Assembly: GCA_019058445.1 (NCBI GenBank)
Contig: JAHPZA010000010.1
Span: 512,001 to 576,000 of the forward strand
DNA length: 64,000 nucleotides
Direction: 5' to 3'
Source: Promethearchaeota archaeon
GTDB lineage: Archaea; Asgardarchaeota; Lokiarchaeia; Sigyniarchaeales; SOKP01
Numbering within the stretch: position 1 is the stretch's first letter; each line of letters opens with the position of its first letter. Below are positions 61,466 to 64,000 of this stretch, piece after piece. The notes below the pieces were generated by a model. It was not told the DNA's origin. It saw nothing but the letters and a program-made list of their open reading frames with translations, and ran no database searches. A program made the position numbers and the translations under genes.

Positions 61466-61534
61466 CTAACCTCAACTCAAAATGTTTTTAAATTATTATA
61501 ATTTTATTAAAAACTAAGAAGATACACGGAATTA

Positions 61535-61735
61535 TTATTGTAGTCGAGGAAATTTAAGTAGATCATCAATCAAATCAACATGACTAACAATCATTCTCTT
61601 ACAACAGAACCTTTCAATTCCTAGGCTTTTAAACGCATCTTCAGCACTTTCCCCCTTTTCAATTGCTTCCAAGTAGGGTTTATATATATGTGCAATCAAT
61701 TTCCCGCACGAAAAACATCTTATCGGTATGATCAT
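61535..61735 (-). CDS. rpoN: RNA polymerase subunit Rpo10 (N)
   Basis: MIIPIRCFSCGK, LG..RFCCKRM..SHVDL. Confidence 0.97.
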   Translation of the reverse strand: MIIPIRCFSCGKLIAHIYKPYLEAIEKGESAEDAFKSLGIERFCCKRMIVSHVDLIDDLLKFPRLQ

Positions 61736-61975
61736 CTATATTTCTCCTCTTTTTGGTAAATATTTTTTATTAAATCTATTTTTTAGCTATTTTTTAACGA
61801 GATAAAATATAAAGATTAGAATTTAAATAATAAAAACATGCAAACTAAAAAAATTTTTAGGTTTTAAACTATACAAAGCAAAAATTTTATTTGAAATCCT
61901 TTACTTATTTTCTCATTAAAAATCGATGATTAATGATAATATATTTGAATAAAATATATGGAATGAGAAAAAAAA

Positions 61976-62347
61976 ATGAGTTATATTAAATATAAAGTAC
62001 CAGATAAATTAAAAGACCAAATCAAAACCGCGCTAACCACAATAGCAGAAACTAAGGATAGCAAAATTCGTAGAGGTATGAATGAAGTAACAAAATCAAT
62101 TGAGAGAGTTCAAGCAAAGCTTGTTATAATGGCTGAAGATGTATCCCCGCCAGAGATTTTATATCATGTGCCTTTACTTTGTGAAGAAAAAAATGTTCCG
62201 TATGCGTACCTTTCGACGAAAAAGAATTTAGGAAAAGCAGTGAATATTAATGTAGGTTCCTCTTCAATAGCAGTTGAAACTGTTGGGTCCGGAAACGAAA
62301 ATATATTGGCTGATATTTTAAAACAAATTGCGGCATTGAAAAAATAA
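61976..62347 (+). CDS. rpl7ae: 50S ribosomal protein L7Ae
   Basis: KIRRG.NEVTK.IER..AKLV..AEDV.PPEI..H.P.LCEEK. Confidence 0.96.
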   Translation: MSYIKYKVPDKLKDQIKTALTTIAETKDSKIRRGMNEVTKSIERVQAKLVIMAEDVSPPEILYHVPLLCEEKNVPYAYLSTKKNLGKAVNINVGSSSIAVETVGSGNENILADILKQIAALKK

Positions 62348-62360
62348 TGAGGTGTTTTCT

Positions 62361-62600
62361 TTGGTAAAAATTGAGAAGGGTAAAGGTATTGATATTGAGG
62401 ATATGTCAATACCAGCTGAAGTAATTGACATTATTGGGCGTACAGGACTTACTGGTGAGATTAGTCAGGTAAAAGTTCGTGTTCTAGAGGGAAGAGACAA
62501 AAACAGGATTCTTACCAGGAACTTAAAGGGACCTGTAAGACTTGGAGATATCATCATTCTCAGAGAAGTAGAACGTGAAGCTCGAAAGATTCGAAGATAA
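62361..62600 (+). CDS. rps28e: 30S ribosomal protein S28e
   Basis: [40 protein letters not shown]; GAGGTG before TTG 62361. Confidence 0.96.
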   Translation: MVKIEKGKGIDIEDMSIPAEVIDIIGRTGLTGEISQVKVRVLEGRDKNRILTRNLKGPVRLGDIIILREVEREARKIRR

Positions 62601-62688
62601 TTTCGAACTAAATCCTCCCATAACAAAGTAAAAGTGAAACATAACTATTACAGTTAATTAAAAAAATCAATTTAGAATAAAAGTGGTT

Positions 62689-62895
62689 TTATTCTTCTTT
62701 TTCGAAAAAACCTAATAAATCCAAATTAGTATTATATTCGTCATGAAGAAATTCTCGAAGCGCAGTTCTAATTGCTTCAGATCGAGACGGAATTAATTTT
62801 CTTTTTATAAGCCATTGAATTCTTTTATCATAGAGATCTGGAATATTAATTGTGATGTTTTTCATTGGTATTTTTTTTTTATTATCCTCGTTCAT
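62689..62895 (-). CDS. Ribbon-helix-helix (CopG/NikR-like) DNA-binding protein
   Basis: ITINIP...I..LI....PSRSEAIR.ALREFL; GGAG upstream. Confidence 0.88.
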   Translation of the reverse strand: MNEDNKKKIPMKNITINIPDLYDKRIQWLIKRKLIPSRSEAIRTALREFLHDEYNTNLDLLGFFEKEE

Positions 62896-63209
62896 TTTAA
62901 ATACTCCATTTAGAATACTTATCAAAAGGGAACTCGTTGAGTATATCTAAAGTGCACTAGAACTACAGAGGTTGCCCTGTAATATATTCTTTAATTTTTC
63001 AAATATGATAATAATAATAAGTCGAGCTTATTATTAAATCTAATCTAAGTGTACATTATTTTAATTGTATTTGAATGTAATTGAACGATATCTTTTCATA
63101 TTTATAATTTTACTAAACAAATTTTATTATTAATTAAAATCCATTTCGAGTTGGTAAGATTTTCTCTTAAAATTAAAAATAACGTAAATTCTTAGGAATC
63201 AAGGAAGCG

Positions 63210-63884
63210 TTATAGTCTTTCCTCTTTTTTAATATATCTTCCTCGAGTTTCGATGACAGATATGTTCTTTATTATTGCTTTACACTCATCTGGATTAGCA
63301 TCCAAATAACCATTCTGATAACCCTCAAGAAATGCATTAAAACATAACTTCCAATCTGTACCATGGGATGAGATTAAGACTCTTTTTAGCAAATGCAGAT
63401 CAACACTCTTATCTTCAATTGAATCCGAATACTCATGAAGACCAAAATCAATAAGGAAGATCTCTTCATAATCCGTGATAATAATATTGCTGGTAGTGAT
63501 ATCTCCATGGATATGACCATTTTTATGTAAAAAAGCTATAAAACATCCAATTGTTTCAAAATACTGATGTTTTCTTATATCATCCAGTTCATTTAAAAGA
63601 CCTTTTAACTTTTTTCCATTAATATATTTCATTATTATAGTTGAGCTTGAAATATCTATTTCATAAACTTGAGGTACATTGACTCCGTAATCTTTAACTT
63701 TGATTAGTGCTTTAGCTTCGTTCAGTGTTCGTGCTCTTCGAATGGTTTTATCTAAATCTTCAATACGGTATTTTTTAGGAATACGACATTTAAAAATAAC
63801 CTCTTTACCAAACCAGTGTCCGTAATGAAGGTTTGCTTCAGCGCCTTTACGGATAACTTTTTCTTTTACAATATCAGAACTCAT
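63210..63884 (-). CDS. bud32: KEOPS complex kinase Bud32
   Basis: GAEA, K.R..K.YR...LD..IR..RT..EA, HGDITTSN, IDFGL, EDK.VDL, RGRY. Confidence 0.93.
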   Translation of the reverse strand: MSSDIVKEKVIRKGAEANLHYGHWFGKEVIFKCRIPKKYRIEDLDKTIRRARTLNEAKALIKVKDYGVNVPQVYEIDISSSTIIMKYINGKKLKGLLNELDDIRKHQYFETIGCFIAFLHKNGHIHGDITTSNIIITDYEEIFLIDFGLHEYSDSIEDKSVDLHLLKRVLISSHGTDWKLCFNAFLEGYQNGYLDANPDECKAIIKNISVIETRGRYIKKEERL

Positions 63885-63892
63885 TTTTTTGC

Positions 63893-64000
63893 TTAAGACC
63901 TCCATGGGATTGTAATCTGATCCATTCTTTCTTTCGGTTTGATATTAGTTTCAGAGATCTCATGTCCTCCTTCCAATTTATATCTTAAAATTCCCGTCCA
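63893..64000 (-). CDS. kae1: tRNA t6A transferase Kae1, 3' end (partial)
   Basis: WTGILRYKLEGGHEISETNIKPKERMDQITIPWRS*, matching the Kae1 C-terminal pattern, directly upstream of bud32. Confidence 0.75.
   Translation of the reverse strand, partial: WTGILRYKLEGGHEISETNIKPKERMDQITIPWRS

Noticed and set aside
1-64000. rRNA, tRNA, CRISPR, transposases, integrases, defence systems, and the remaining short antisense ORFs in the track
   Set aside because: No GC-rich cloverleaf or rRNA-like tract, repeat-spacer array or transposase/integrase motif was seen; the short ORFs lie inside well-supported genes

Overview
AT-rich (visually about 30% GC), densely coding archaeal chromosome segment. Archaeal informational genes (tfb, archaeal-type proS, rps6e, rpl24e, rpl7ae, rps28e, rpoN/rpo10, bud32, 3' end of kae1, fae-hps) occur together with longin-like and gelsolin-like proteins, which points to an Asgard archaeon, most likely Lokiarchaeia (inference). 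Content: housekeeping genes, a G3PDH-like three-gene operon, a PerR/AhpD-peroxiredoxin divergon, a long amino-acid/peptide/acyl-CoA catabolic stretch, three apparently disrupted genes and three tandem Zn-finger microproteins (two missed by the ORF track). No rRNA, tRNA, CRISPR array or transposase was seen. Top candidates for undescribed biology: (1) a compact EF-G/EF-2-like translational GTPase fused to a YqgF/Tex-type RNase H-fold nuclease (7941-10268); (2) a two-gene membrane module with paralogous ectodomains, one ending in an HFS autoproteolysis-like motif before its TM anchor, the other tethered through a TM helix to a cytoplasmic double winged-helix (51466-53488); (3) a TrmB-like protein with a ~530 aa helical insertion; (4) a CDF-like transporter flanked by winged helices. 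All domain calls are by-eye motif recognition; no searches were run.
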